From positions 4,254,436 to 4,318,435 of the forward strand of contig SMSO01000031.1 in NCBI GenBank assembly GCA_004764695.1: DNA of 64,000 nucleotides. The letters run 5' to 3'. Both the position numbers and the translations under genes were made by a program. Below are positions 47,421-61,400 of this stretch, piece after piece. The DNA is from Schizochytrium sp. TIO01. Its lineage: Eukaryota > Protista > Bigyra: Labyrinthulomycetes. The notes beneath the pieces were generated by a model. That model ran no database searches and was not told where the DNA came from. It was given only the letters and a program-made list of their open reading frames with translations. Numbering within the stretch: the stretch's first letter is position 1; every line of letters begins with the position of its first letter.

Positions 47421-50400
47421 CTGTCCTTCGAGGAGCTAGCGAGTTTAGCTTCCAGCAGGTTGGATGAGACGAGCGCTATGCACGGCGAGGAGGCGGCTCA
47501 TAGCCACTCGAGGCCGTGCAGGCAGAGGGGAAGTAGTGTTAGTCTCGTTGTACGAAGCGCTCGAAGTGCAAGGCCTCCTGAGAAGGAAGGACGCGTGAGG
47601 CAAGAGAGCTCGAGGAAAAAATGAAAGAAATGTCAAGACCAAAAAAAAAAGTAAGACGTAGCTTCATTTTAATATAAAAAATAAAATCATTCTAAGCTCC
47701 ATTCGGAATCTGAATAATTATATTAATAATCATAAAAGTATAAAAAATAAATAAATGAAAGAATTTGGGGATAGGGAAGGAGACGCACTTTCTCCTTTCC
47801 TTTCTCTTGCATGACTAAGAAACGAAGGAAAAACAAGAAAAAAGATAAAGAATGTGTTAAAAGGTATAAAGAAATCAGGCCTGCTACAGAGGCACTTACT
47901 TATCTACCGATTATTCTTTCTTTCTTTTACCCTTTCATATGAGAGTGTCTTTGTTTGGCCTACATTTGAGACCGGTGAATGCTTTTGCTTCTTCAGATAT
48001 AGCCCCCAAGAGGCAGGAAAGCAACGCAACTCAAGGCCAAGCCTTGCCCTTCCCTTTTCTCCCTTGCGTTGCTCCCTCGCAGGCCTACGATAGCTTGAAT
48101 GAAAGGATGAGAGGGTGAGGTGATTGGATAGATTGCAAACAAACCTTTTACTTCAACAAACTATTTTAATCAAAAGTAAACAAAACAAAACAAACAATCG
48201 AAAACAATCGAAACAAAGGAGAGGACACACCTCATCAGTTTGGGAAAGGAGGCATCTGTCCTCGTGGTCTTATTCAATGGCGCTTGGGATTGTCTTGGAT
48301 TTCCAAGGCACTGTACCTTTTATCGCTGCGGCTGCGGCTCAGGCAGGTTGGATATGGGTGGCCGGTTCCAGAGAAGAGGTTTTCCAGGGCGTAGGCCTGA
48401 GGATCTGCGCTGCCTGTAACGGAGGTCGATCTTGGTTTTCGTGCGCTGACGAAAGAAGGTTGTAGTTATTTTCGCCTGTTTCCCAAGATAGAAGGTACCT
48501 AGGTAGGCGGTTAACTAGTCCCTTTCAATCATTCATTCATTCATTCATTCATTCATTCATTTTCTCTTTCCTTCTCTGAAAGAGTTTTGTTGTTGGCTCT
48601 ATGGAATAATTAATCTAGTGTTTGAGTTGGTACCTAGGTAGGTCTAATCATAATAGGGGTTAGTGAGCTTTCCTCCTTCGAGTGACTGATTTGAGTATTT
48701 CATAGATGAACAGGAAAGGGGAATCAAACGAAGCAAATTGAGGAAAAGAGAGAAAAGGAGGAAGAGAGAAAGAGAAAGAGGGAGAGAGAGATAGAGAGAT
48801 AGTGAGGGAGGGAGGGAGCGAGAGACGGGGGAGAGGGAGACAGAGAGATACAGAGATAGATAGAGAGAGGAAGAGTCGGTGCTTAGAGAAAAGAGCTTCT
48901 CCCGTCTCCTCCTTCGCAAGAATTTCTCTTTAGAGCAAATAACTTTAGCTGGCGTTCCCTTTTCTCTTTCTTTACCGAAGTAAGAAAAATAAAATAAAAA
49001 TTTTTAGAAGCGATTCTAATGTCAAAAGCTCCCGCCCGATCGGTTATGATATCCTGTGCGAGGCCCTGAAAGAGCGAACAAGGTGCATTTTGTGGGGCCA
49101 GACGCTCGCAAGAACGTCAATTTGGCCTCTCTGCAGGTTGGCTATTGAGAAGCTCGCCAGGTAAAGAGGGGCAAAATTGAGCAACAAATAAGTATGGCGC
49201 TGTGATATCGAAGGAATTGAAAGAAAGAGTCAGCGAGGAAAACAACAAAAAAAAGGCATGAAGAAAACACTCTTTTCAGATGAAAATAAAATAAAATATA
49301 AACATTAAAATATACTTTTACGTGTCATAGCACAAAAAATAGTTCCTTGTTAAATACTGGAAGCACTTTATTTATTTATTGTTTATCTTCATTTTCAATC
49401 AAGAACATCAATATAAATTAACAAAAGTAAAAACCAAAAATGTTCTTCTCTTTCTTTCAAGATCGCAATTCCCAAGCTGCATCCCGCCTGCCTCCAGTCT
49501 CGATCAGCCGTTTTTTGCGAGCTCCTAGAGGCATCTGAGTGACTTCCTCGGGTCTGACCAGCTCTTCGGGCCCCATTTCCCCACCAAGACGCACGCAGGC
49601 AGATGTACGTTTTACACGTGTAAAAAAGGTTATATTTTCTCTATTTTTTACACGTTCAGGAGAAAACAGAGAGAAAGAGAGAAAGAAAGAAAGAAAGAAA
49701 GAAAGCGCCTGTGTTTTCCGCCCCGCATATACAAGTTGCCAAGTCTCGTGCAATTCTGGTGAGCTCTGCTGTGGCCACATTAGTCGATCGCGAGAAAGGA
49801 GTTAGCGGCCCATCAGGCTCTGTACATCCTTTTCCGTTGCTCTTGGCCCGGCGACTAACCTCCTTTGCCGTGGGTATGTATGTTCTGTCTGTATGTATGT
49901 ATATTCAGGTGCTTTCATTCTCCAAAGATCGAATGAGCTGCCTGCCATACATACTCCACACTCTGCAGTTGTTTGACTCGAGCGATTGATGTCTAATCAT
50001 GTGCCTTGGTTCACCAGAATCACAGGACTTCAGACCTCACACGAGCTTTCATCTTTGCCAGTTGACAGCGGCTGTTTCTGTGGGCGCTTTGAATACGCAC
50101 GTGTCGTCGCCTGGCGAGGCAGACAGACCAGACACCTCTTGGGTTTGGTTTTGTGCGATACATGTCCGAACTTGGTTAGTATTAGTCAATCAGTTATGCC
50201 GAGTGGCGCGTGGACAATGAGCAATCGCTGGCTCGATGATGAGCATTTGCCTAGCCGTGAGGCATCTCCAGCCTGGTCAGCCTGGTCTCTTTTGATAACA
50301 ACTGCGTCATTATAGCTAGATTTCTTGCGTGGGCTAGCTTCACCGACGCTGGAAAAGTGCTCCGGGTCTGCTGCTTGCTTGCTTGCTTCATGTTCATGCA

Positions 50401-51296
50401 TGTTTGCACGAAGAGCTGTCTTTTATGGAATGGTGCGTGGAGAGAACCTCGTTGTCTAGCTTGTCCATCTCGACGCGTGGGGCTGCACCATTTGCAGTGA
50501 TGCATTGGCCTTTTGATCCATCGTTAGATTGATTGACCTACCGACTGGTTGTTAGAGAGTTGTGACTGAGAGACTCGACCCATTCGTAGATTGTTCCATT
50601 CCTCATTCCTTCTGTTAATGCTTGCTTGCTTGCTTGCTTGCTTACTGGCTGCAGGAATGACCTCTCCCAAGAACCGCAAGTTCAACTTACTCGGGTACCT
50701 GGACAAGCCGCGAGACAGCAATGCCAAAGCGAGGCTTGCCTGCCTGGTTGTTCGGCTGCTACTACAGCGAGGAAAGCACAGTCCCATCTACAGCCTGACT
50801 GAGCAGATAGATAGATGCATGCATAGGAAAGGGAGCTACACTCAGTCCTTCGTTCTCCTTGGATAGACCAATCTGCGCAAGTCAAGATGCAACAGTGCTA
50901 GCGTTACCGCTACCGTGCTACTACCGCTCGCTTCGTAGCATGCTCCTCTAAAGGTATGGATAGCTGCGGACCCGTCTCACGTTTTGCAATTTCTTCGACT
51001 ACTCTCGAGGAAACAATCAGTTTACTTCCCTTAAGCGGAGGGGCCCACTCGATATTGTTTGCTTTTAGTCTGTTTTTCTTCTTTGTTTTTCTTCTTCTGA
51101 AATTAACAGGTTTCCATTTAACTTTGTTTTATTTTCTTCTTCTTAAAATCACGTAATCGCCAGAAAAATGCAATAGTGTACCTTCTTGCACTGTTATAAA
51201 TTGTAAAGAAGCCTATAGATAACCTATAGATAACAATGCAATTGTAGTAATAACTAATAATAAAAGTGTGCAGAAGGCAGAAGGTAAGAAGGCGGA

Positions 51297-51378
51297 TAGC
51301 TAGCTAGCTAGCTGATACTTAGTTAGTTAGTTAGTTAGTGGGTTAGTGGGTTAGTGGGTTAGCTAGCTAGCTAGCTAG
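51297..51378. repeat. (TAGC)n-(TTAG)n-(TTAGTGGG)3-(TAGC)n compound repeat
   Basis: Direct reading. Confidence 0.85.
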
Positions 51379-54300
51379 GTTAGTAATACTGCTTACGCTG
51401 CAAAAGCAAGTTTGACTTCGAAGGGTGCGAAGAAAAGAACCGTCTCGTTGGCCTCCACGGACCGTCTTCTGCGCGCAATTCGCTCCGGTAAAGCGGAGCA
51501 TCGTGCGAGTTGGGCGGAGAAAGCCCGTTTGAGCCCATGCGGAACCGGAGGTCTCAGTTCTCGCACGCGTAGACCTGGCCGATCGCCACGGTGGCTTTAT
51601 GGCGCTTTTGCTTGCGAGTGGCGATACCCCTGCTCGCAATATTTTGGAAAGCGCGAAGTGAGATCGTTGGAATTCCATAAAACACAAATTTTTATTTTAT
51701 TAAAAAAGAGGATGCTGTAGGTAGGTAGGCGCCTATAGGTACCCAGTAAGGCAGAAGGGGAAGAAGAAGATGTACCACGGTCATCGCTTCGAAGCAAGGT
51801 GAACAGATACGCAGGCGCGAAGACAAATTCGAGAACCCACCACGGCAAAGAGAGTCCACGAATCCTCGAAATGGCCGCTGGAGATCTTTCTAATGAGCGC
51901 CACCTGCTATGAAGGAGGAGACAGCCGTTGCGTGGGCTTAAGGCAGAGCAACGGAGCTGCGATTGACCAATGAGCAGCATTCTGTTTATTTTTGTTGATC
52001 ATAATAATAATAAATGAATGAAAAAAGCCACAAGAAAAAGAAGAAAGGAGGCGGAGAAAGGAAAACAAAAGAAGAAGAGAGGAAAAGAGAGGAAAAGAGA
52101 GGGAGGGTGCTACGAGGAGGTTACAATAAATAAAAGAAACTAGGCAATTAATCAATTGAGTCAATCAATCAGTCAATCACTCATGCATTTATTGATTTCG
52201 TTCAATCAGTCCATATATCAATCGGTCAAGCGAGGGAGCGAGCAATTATTTGGGCTCAAACGAGGCGCTGGTTCGCCTCAAGCGATCAGACGGTGCGCCG
52301 CAGCTCTCTGAACTGACGATATGCGAGAGTGAGCACATCCATCTTCTGCTGATGGATTGTTCGCAAAAGAATGTAACCCAATATGGTACCGGCGATGGCA
52401 ACTGAAGTTCGACCACAGACTATCTCTTCTATGTCCGTGGCAGGGAAACGGTGAAAATCATGAAGAATAAATTCATTCAAAGAGAGAAAGAATCAAGACG
52501 GGCAGAAACAATTTATTAACGCCGTTGTCATTGATGCATCGTTGAGGTATAATATAAAAGGTTGGCGGAGCTGCCTTCAACCAGTATGTATGTAAGTAAG
52601 AGGGTGAGGAAACGTTCGTGCAACAACAGGAATGCTTGTGGGGCGAACTTGTGAGACATTATAGTTCATTTACCTTCGCAATCCTTTTCCATGGTGAAAA
52701 GCTTGGCTCGGTAGAAGGTTGACTACTGAGCTGATAAAGATAGAAACTCCCAGTTGTTCTCATCTTAATACTGTTTTTTGAAATAAACATGTACACTCGT
52801 TTCCACATATTTTAACTTTATTAGAAAAAATGTATTACAAAGGCCTATTGCACATTCTTTCTCATGTTTTTCGACTTATATATATATATACTAAAAAAAG
52901 AAGTGAAACAAATAAATCAAATAGATTCAAAAATGTTTTCGATTTCGATTTCAAAAAATAAACAAACGAAAATGAAAAGAGGTGTCGCCTCATGGATCTG
53001 CTTTCAGTTGCAAAAACCTACGGTAGCTTTTCCCATAGGCAGGTGCTAATCCAAGGTCAGACTTGATGTGTTCCTACGTACCTTGAGCTGATGAAATGAA
53101 GAATTGAATTCTTCGAGTTCATCGTCCATCGAGATAGATCTCTAATTCCAGCGAATGAAGCCGCGAAGACGGACCCCGGCCCAGGTCCTCTGAAGAACCA
53201 GCCGAGTGCTGACGACGGCCTCGCGATCTCGCGCCCGGGTAGGTGGGCAAGCGAGCAGACGGACAGAACCAAGACAGGCAGCGCCGTCGCAGGCACGGAG
53301 CTTCGGTGGAGGCGCTCTCCTTGAGCCCCTCGAAACTGGAAGCCGCGAGCACGCACGTTTGCAGCTTTTAGGCGCCCTTATCAATCCCTGACGGTGGTAC
53401 AATCGATCAATCAATCAATCAATTGATCAATCAATCAATAAATGGAGAAATAAACAAACAAATTAAAACAGGCAGAGGTGGGCGTCAACGTGAAGGTGCC
53501 GGCGACGGCGAAGTTGTTTATCGCATGCACGAGCAAACGAGCTTGGACCATCGTGCGTGGAGCTCTTGAATGCATATATATATATGGATGGAAACATGCA
53601 TCCATATGCATGGCTACTGGCGGCGTGCTCGGATGCTCGCGTGTCTTTGAAGCCACAGAACAACCTAGGGCACATGTCATCCTCCCGCTACTCCGATTGA
53701 TTTGGACAGAGGAACGAACTGAGATTGCCAGGACCTCCCAAGTATCGCAAATAGTGCTCGGAATCATCACATGAGCAGTTCTGCTGCAGCGGAGGGAAAC
53801 CTCCCTCACGAAGAAACGAGGCAGGCACCAGAAGGCGAGGGAGCTGCAGATAGCTAGACTCGCCTTGCAGCGCCAGGTCTTCGCGTTCTGAGCAGAACTT
53901 TTTGACTCCTTGCTTCGCTTCGACAGGCGGAGGACAGGACGTGGCACGGATACGGGCTCGTCGTCGCACTAGGCATACGCACTATACTATGCACTATACA
54001 CGCACGCATGCGAGTTGACGACGGCCTCTGGCGACGACGGCGATGAGAGACGGCCGTCGTGACCGTCGTGGGAGGGAGTAGAGCCCGCGGCAAAGTAGAA
54101 CCAGAATCAGGCCACGCAGAGCCAAGTTCTTCACTTGTTCTTGCTTGCGCTGTCTATCGAGCCACTCGCTCCCTCTGACGTTCTTTCTTTCTTTCCTTCT
54201 TTCTTTCGAGGGAAACTAACTAACTAACTAACATTCTTAATTATTGCGCAAAAGGAAGTCTATCCCCGATTTCCTCAAGGAGAAGGATAAAAAAAAAAAA

Positions 54301-54597
54301 CTAAAAAAAACTAATGAAATGAAACTTAAAAAAAACTAAAAGGGGGCAAATAGCTTTCTCCTATGTTCGTCAAACCTTTTCATTTAACCATGAGAAAAAG
54401 ATGCATGCAAGAACCGTAGGTAAGGAAAAGGTACCCACTAGGCTAGCTAGGTACAATAGCAAAAGATGAGAGAGAAGAAAAGGGCTGATCTTTGAATTCT
54501 GAAGCCGGTGTTTCGACTCAGCTTGACTCGACTCGACGCAGTTCAAGGTACCCAAGCCTAAAGGAGATCCAGGGATCCATCCATCCATCCCTCCAAC

Positions 54598-54628
<31 letters not shown>

Positions 54629-55406
54629 AAGCAGGGACGATTGAAGCCAGGTTCCTCAGTCAGAACGCTGCTATTCTCACGCGGCTGCTCCTGCAGTTCA
54701 TAATTATCTGCTGCTGATTTCTTTTCTTCGAATTAATGAATTAAAGTTCATTGATGATTTTATAGTTTTTAGTTATTTTTTCTCCTCATACATACATATC
54801 TTACCTTTCTCCTCAACAAACAACACGTCTTTTCCTCCACCTAATGCCCCGCTCTACCCTTTAACCTACGACTCACGTCTCTACGCTCACCGCAGCCGGG
54901 TGCTAGGACCCACTATCCCCAGCTATGTTAGAAGGACCCGCGAACTCGGAACTCTGTAGAACTAGCCACAGAACTGGCCTCACGGCAGGGGACTTATTCA
55001 CAGCGTCCATGGATGCTTCGGCTTGGGAGTCTCAGAGTTAATAATTAGTGCCTAGCTAGTAGCTGGCTTGATAGCTAGCTAGCAGTACTCCAAAGAAGTA
55101 GTTTACAGGGCGACATTTAGACTTGTAAACAGAGAGATGGAGTCTGAAGAAGAGACGTAAGCCTTCGTCTGGTTTCTTTCCATTCCTCTGGGGAGATAGA
55201 TAGAGAGGTCGGTAGGTGGATAGATGGGTGTCGTCTCATGTAGTTTACCTACGAGCGTGTTCTTTTCATTGTTTCCAAGGTCTGAAGGGAAGAGAACTAA
55301 TCACAACTAATTGACGCGCTCATTCAGCGCTATAGTGCGAGAAAAAGTGGGTCTCCCTGTCCTGTGTCTGTCTAATTGGGCGAATGCATAATTGGATGAA
55401 AATAAA

Positions 55407-55442
<36 letters not shown>

Positions 55443-58400
55443 GGAAGGAAGGAAGGAAGGATTGACTTAATGACAGAAAGAATAGCAAAGCTGTCCGAAA
55501 CTTGGCTGAGTTCTACGTGGGAGAAGAAGAAGAAGAAAAAGAAGAAGAAGATGAGTCGGTAGGAGAACCCGCGCCGCGTTCGCACGAGGTCCCTGATTGG
55601 GCCCAGTCTATTCGTATTCGGACTCAGGGCTGTGCGAATTACTGAGTAGGTAGGTTAGGTATCCATGTTGCGGGGTCTCTTCAGCCAGCACTGCTTCAAA
55701 AGATGAAGCTGTTCACTGGGTATGGTGAGAAGAGAAAGGCGGCCTTTTAGACACAACAGCAGAACTGGAGCTTGAGAATACTTTCACGTATCTAATTAGT
55801 CCTAGTCCTCTTCCGCGCTTCTCTTGTTCCCTAAAGTTGTTCGTCCATTTTTTTATTTAGGTACCTACATAGGTAAACAAAGTATTTTTTTGTTTTTTTA
55901 AAGGAAGAAATCAAATTCAGATACTTGAGCTTGTACTCGTACCCTTTCACTTTTGAAAGGGCGAGTAGGCGTAGTAGATGCCTAGGGTCTGATAGACCGC
56001 GCACGAAGACACGGGGAGCGAATGGATGGGCGCTCGGGACCGGAGAAGCGGGCAGGCAAAGGTAATTGAAGGGATCGTCAGAGGAAAGCCTCGGCTTGAG
56101 AGAAGCTAGAGACGAAAGCCATAGCTGGCGCAAGTGGTGCGGGTGTCCATCTCTCGCCAGCTTGAGAAAATCAGATCTCCACTGAGCTACATTCTCAATT
56201 TTCTCATTAACTTAGACCGCGTTTTTTTTTCTCTCTCTCCTTTTTTTTTCCTATAAATATTTTCAATAGATAAAACAGCACACCAGCAGCATTAGTCAAC
56301 CTTAATTATTAACTTTGAACTTTTTAAAATTGAATTTTAATAATAATTTTTAAGAACAATCGTCAAAAAAAAAAAATGTTTTTTCTTTCGTTCTTTCTTC
56401 AAATCCCTTTAGCCCATCACCCGCAACAAGTTCTTTACTTTGCTGCGTTGATACAGCTTTGTCTTTATGAAATGCGCACACTTGGAGGCGTGTCTTGACG
56501 CAGTTCTCTGCAAAACCTTCCAATGCATGCAAAAGCAACAGGGATTGAAACTCGAATTAGAAAAAGCGGGAGGAGGCTGCTGAAAGAAGATGAAGAGTCA
56601 AAGCTGAATGCTTTTCGGGCTCCCCGAGTGAAAGATTTCACGGATCACCGAGCAGGACTGTGGGGCGTTATTGAATATACCTTACGATTGATTCACGATC
56701 CACGATGGTTGATTCACTCATGAAATGTGAAGGAGGACTAGCCGACACAACGACAGCCTTTACTAGCACTGATTCTGTTGGTCATGGATGCATCATGGGT
56801 TAATAACTGAGCCTCCTTCTTAAGTTTATTTTCCTCCTTTCTTTAATTCTTTCCAACTTTGCCCGCACTTCCTTTCCATTTTTTTGTTTTCTTGTTTTTT
56901 TTGCTGCTCACCGTCTCTCAATAGTACGGAGCTTCTTTCAGAAGAGGAGAAGAAGAGCTTCTCGTTGTTTCTTTGTGAGCCTCCAATTGGGCACGCGCTT
57001 ACTAATGACAGTCCCAGCAACTCTAACAACTCTCTGCACCTTCGTCTCGTGTCTGTCTGTCTGGTTTTGCAGATTGGTGTATGGCGCAGAGGCTTATATT
57101 CCTTTTTCACATTTGCGTTTGTTTTTACTTTCTCACAATTTATAGACTACAAATGATGAAAACTTGGTTTGGAAAATGAATGTCCTCTCGTGTGAATCAA
57201 AGTTCCATAAGTTCAACTTGCTGCTATTATTACTATTATTATTATTATAGCTTGTATTACTTTATTACTTTATTTGTTATGTTCTTTGAATTTTTTCGTT
57301 TTTAGTTTTTAATTAGATTATTTAAAAAAATGTTCTCCATTTGTTTTCAATTGAAGAACTAAATGGACTTTTCAACAAGAGGTACTACAGACAGATGGGA
57401 AGTCGATCAGAGCAAACAACACCACATAAATGATGCTGCAGCAAATTTACTTACGGTTGTTCGACGACGATGTGCGTGCGACCCCAAGGGTCGAGCACAA
57501 TGGTCGCAAATATCGCAGCTACAACATACAATCAGATTGTCAACTTGAAGTGGCCGAAGCTTACAAGTTGTTTATTGGAAGGCATGACCAGTACCCAGAT
57601 GAGAAAGAATCAGCAACAGAAACACTACAGTCATTGGTTTTGCAAAGAAATTGGCAAAAGCAACCTTCGCAATCAAATGCATGTTCCCCCCTCCATAACA
57701 AATATGCTCATGAAAGCGTTATGATGCAGTCCATACCCATACCTTTGTTTGGCTCTAACATGGCGCACTGGCGCGTTACAATTTTTTTTTAGGCCTTGGC
57801 AAGTACGAACTTGTTCGGCCAAAGTCTTTGGGCAAACTCGTGACAGCTCAGCACTGCTAACGTCGCACTCTAAGAGCAGTAGCCGCAGAAACGTATTTCA
57901 CACATTACACACGCAAAAGGCAGAAACAAAAGTGCCTACTCTGTCCTCGGTATTCAACTTGCTGGAAAAAGAAATGCCTATTATTAGGTATTAGTTGTCG
58001 TTTTGAGAAGGGTTCTTTGGTTGCGAGAAGGTCGCTCTATTAATTCTACACCTACCACCTACGTACCCACGAAAACCAGCATTTATCTCGCTCGTTCTGT
58101 TTTTGGAGTATTGATTGCAATGTTGAGATTGTTCCCTTGCATGCCATGATCACTACTTCATTAAATGCGACATCAACCGAAGTTTTGTTTGTAGATCCCA
58201 GCTTCCATTAATCACTTCAAGGAGGTCTTCAAACATAGAGAGTGAGCGCACTCAACCCTGAAGCAGTTCACAAAACACATTACTTCAGCTATGTCGTCAA
58301 TTAGCCAACCGGAGTTATCACTGGATAGCATGAAAACCTCTCTTTCATAAAAGGAAAGCACTGCTCCACAATATAGTGTTCGCACTGAATCTTCACGCCA

Positions 58401-61400
58401 CAGTGAGCGCAGTAGCAAAGATGGTGTGAGTGAGCGTCGAAGAACAAGAAAATAGATTTGCAAGTTCTTCGTGCCTGTCTGGATGATTAACCTAGTTCGG
58501 AGACCCTTCGCACCACTATCAGTTCCTAGTGGAAACGCAGGTGCTTCAACATAACTCATTTATTTTTATTTAACATTTACTAGTGATAAACGAATTCATA
58601 AATTACAGACAATCAAAAGAAGGGCTAACAGAATAGCACTTTCGGAGGCATCGGAATAGCGACTTCTGCAAAACTCGGTCCAGACTGCAATGAGCTCAAA
58701 GCGACCTCTTCGTCGCCATGTGTATAGAGTCAGGCAGCAGCAGCGGCAATAGTTCTGCTGGAGAAGAAAACAGAAGCGGCGAACAGTCAGGTGACATACT
58801 GCTGGCGATCGCTGTGGTTGGGTCTGTGGTTGTTGCTTTGAAGCTAATAGCTTGCTTCCCCAGCTTTTCTGCCTCCATATGCTACAATGTACCGAAGCTA
58901 GGAATGTCCGAACTCTGTCGCTATTGATCGCATGATGTGAATCGAGACTCTTCAATTCTAGTTTCGACCAGGGAATTCCACAGTCTTGGGTGCGAATTCT
59001 GACACTTGCAGGGCCTACAACATATGCCACGCCACGGTCCATGGCTGCTATTGTCTTTCGATTGTATGCAACAGATTTCGGACTAGAATTCGAACGCAGC
59101 TTGAAGCTCTTCTGAGCGTGCAAGGACTTCAAAACCAGCGCTTTCTTTCGATGCGCGGGCATTTCAAGCAGCCTGTTATCTCTTTCATAGTCTCTGCGCA
59201 TAACTTTCAAGTAGTCTGACTAACCAGGTACCTAGTTCCTACCATAGGAAATCCAAATCGAGAGATGGAGAAAACTAAACCATGGAAGAGAAAGCACTTA
59301 GAAAAGTGGTTTCTCTCGATCGTCCTAGGCCATGTGGCGCATCGAGTGAACCGGCTGACAAAAAGCTAAAAGAAACCAGCTCAAGAGACGAAGCATTGGC
59401 GAGTTGAATTCAGAAGTGCGGTAGTGCTTTGTATGGGTATCTTGCTTTCTCAAAAATATTTCCGACACTAAATTCTGTGTTTAATGTGTAGCTAGCTACA
59501 TATGTACATAGTAATACTACACTACCTTCTTAATTAGATATACACGTACCTACTTTTTGAACAGTGTTTTTTACAAAATGTGCTCACCTTTTCTCAAAAT
59601 TGCTCTGTCCTCTCATGAGCTCTTTCCGTTCATGTTATTCTGCCCCCAGTACAGGGTGTCTACCGTCGATCTACCTCAACTGCTGTGAATGAAACGCGGA
59701 ATAGCTCGCATCGTTTTCTTCACGACCTAGCTTTTGCTCTTCCGCAGTATTATAATAGATCAACAACGCCTCTTTCCTTCTGCGCTTTTCAAGTTGTCAT
59801 CTTTACGTTTTATCATCTTTTCAATCCTTTTTCTATTTGCAAAAGGTACTTTCATACATTCTTTTTAAAAGTAATATTTTAAAAACTTTAAATAAAAACT
59901 ATGTTTAAATCAAACTATTAACTAAAAGAAAATACTAAATGAAGAATTTTCAACGAAGTACTAGTGACAGACCATAGCAGTATTAGGTGGTACTTACTGA
60001 GTGCTTCATTGCTTTCCATTGTTCCATCACAGCTCATGACAACTAAAACCATTTCTCCTCCCTCTCACTGCGTTCCTTCCCTTCTCCGCCCCATTCTTCC
60101 CACATGCTACCTTTCAAAACACCCTGTGAGTGACACCTTGGGTCCGTCTCCCGCATTGGGACCGCAGTGTGGACGCCGCGCCACGCACCGCCGCCGATCT
60201 GCAAGCGAATCCGCGAATTATTTCGATCCCCGTGTTCCCCGCCATAGAAATTCCACGGCGGCGAGTTGCAGAAAAAGGCACACACGCATTGCAGTGCGTG
60301 TCTATGAATGTACTAGCCTATGATGTATCTTCAGCGTTGATTGTATGAGTGTCTGATGTTATAGATGGAGATATTAATATTAGGGTCGGTGGCGGAAAAT
60401 GAAGCCATCGATCGCACAACATCGATACATTCGTGCATGCATAAGGATAGGCACCTATCAGCTTGGGCTTGAATGCTGAAAAGCGAAGAACGTGTGTTTA
60501 TAAAACCTCTCAGCGGAAGAGTCGAGAGCATTGAAGAGATAGAAAAAGCTTGAAGAGCTACTGCTTTAGTTGTTCAAGAAAAATATGTAGTATGGATACA
60601 AATAATTCCAGATACTGCATCGTCAGATATTGCAACTAGGCGAGGTGTCATGGTCTATGAAGGCAAATGCTTGAAACGTTTAGTCTTTGAAAGGTGGACG
60701 GGCAATCAGCGAATTAAAAATGCGACTACAACGGAAAGAACTCTTTCATGCAAATATGCTCATGTAAAAGGCCAAACGAATTATTTTTAACCGAAGTAGA
60801 GTCCTCTAAGTGGGTAACTTACTTAACGACTTGGCAAAAAGCCTTTCTTGTTGGCTACCTATTGGGTCTTCAACATCCAACCATCCAGTTTAGACAGACA
60901 TAGCAATGATTATAAAATATCTGCTCATCCGTATGGCAACATCACTTTAAATCCTAACTCAATTATGACATAATTTTTCTTCTTCAACAAGCTGTCGAGT
61001 CTGTTGTTCTATGCACTCCCTTCTCCCTGTTAGACCTCAAGTTCAAGTTCGGAGTTTACAAATTTGCTCAATGTTCTGATTCGAGAGCATAACATCAATA
61101 CTTTTTCCAACCTACGCTAAATGTCCACTTCATGTGGCTTACAATCAAGATAAGACACGACACCCCAACCCGTGGAGAAAAGGGATTGTAGAAATGAAGT
61201 GCATGGCTTCCTTGGGACGTCGTTGGTTCTGCACTCTGTAAGCTAGCTCTGTTGGGGAAGAGAAGGACGAGGATTGATGCAGCCAGTCTACAGGTTATTC
61301 AACTAGCCACATAGCGCTTGCTTGTTGAAAGTTGAAATATAGAAGGGGGCTGCGGTCTTCCTTTTTGCGAGCAGTCAAACTGGGTAGAAAAAGCAAACAC

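Noticed and set aside
51335-51358. (TTAGTGGG)3 as telomere or G-quadruplex
   Set aside because: Only three G-tracts, and it derives from the adjacent (TTAG)n slippage.
57430-57792. 120-aa ORF with plausible composition
   Set aside because: No recognisable domain, and a stop lies immediately before the ATG. It may be a relic, but I cannot support a call.
58596-59210. 204-aa minus-strand ORF
   Set aside because: TTG start, no recognisable motif, and Cys/Arg/Ser-rich composition typical of chance ORFs. Not fully excluded.
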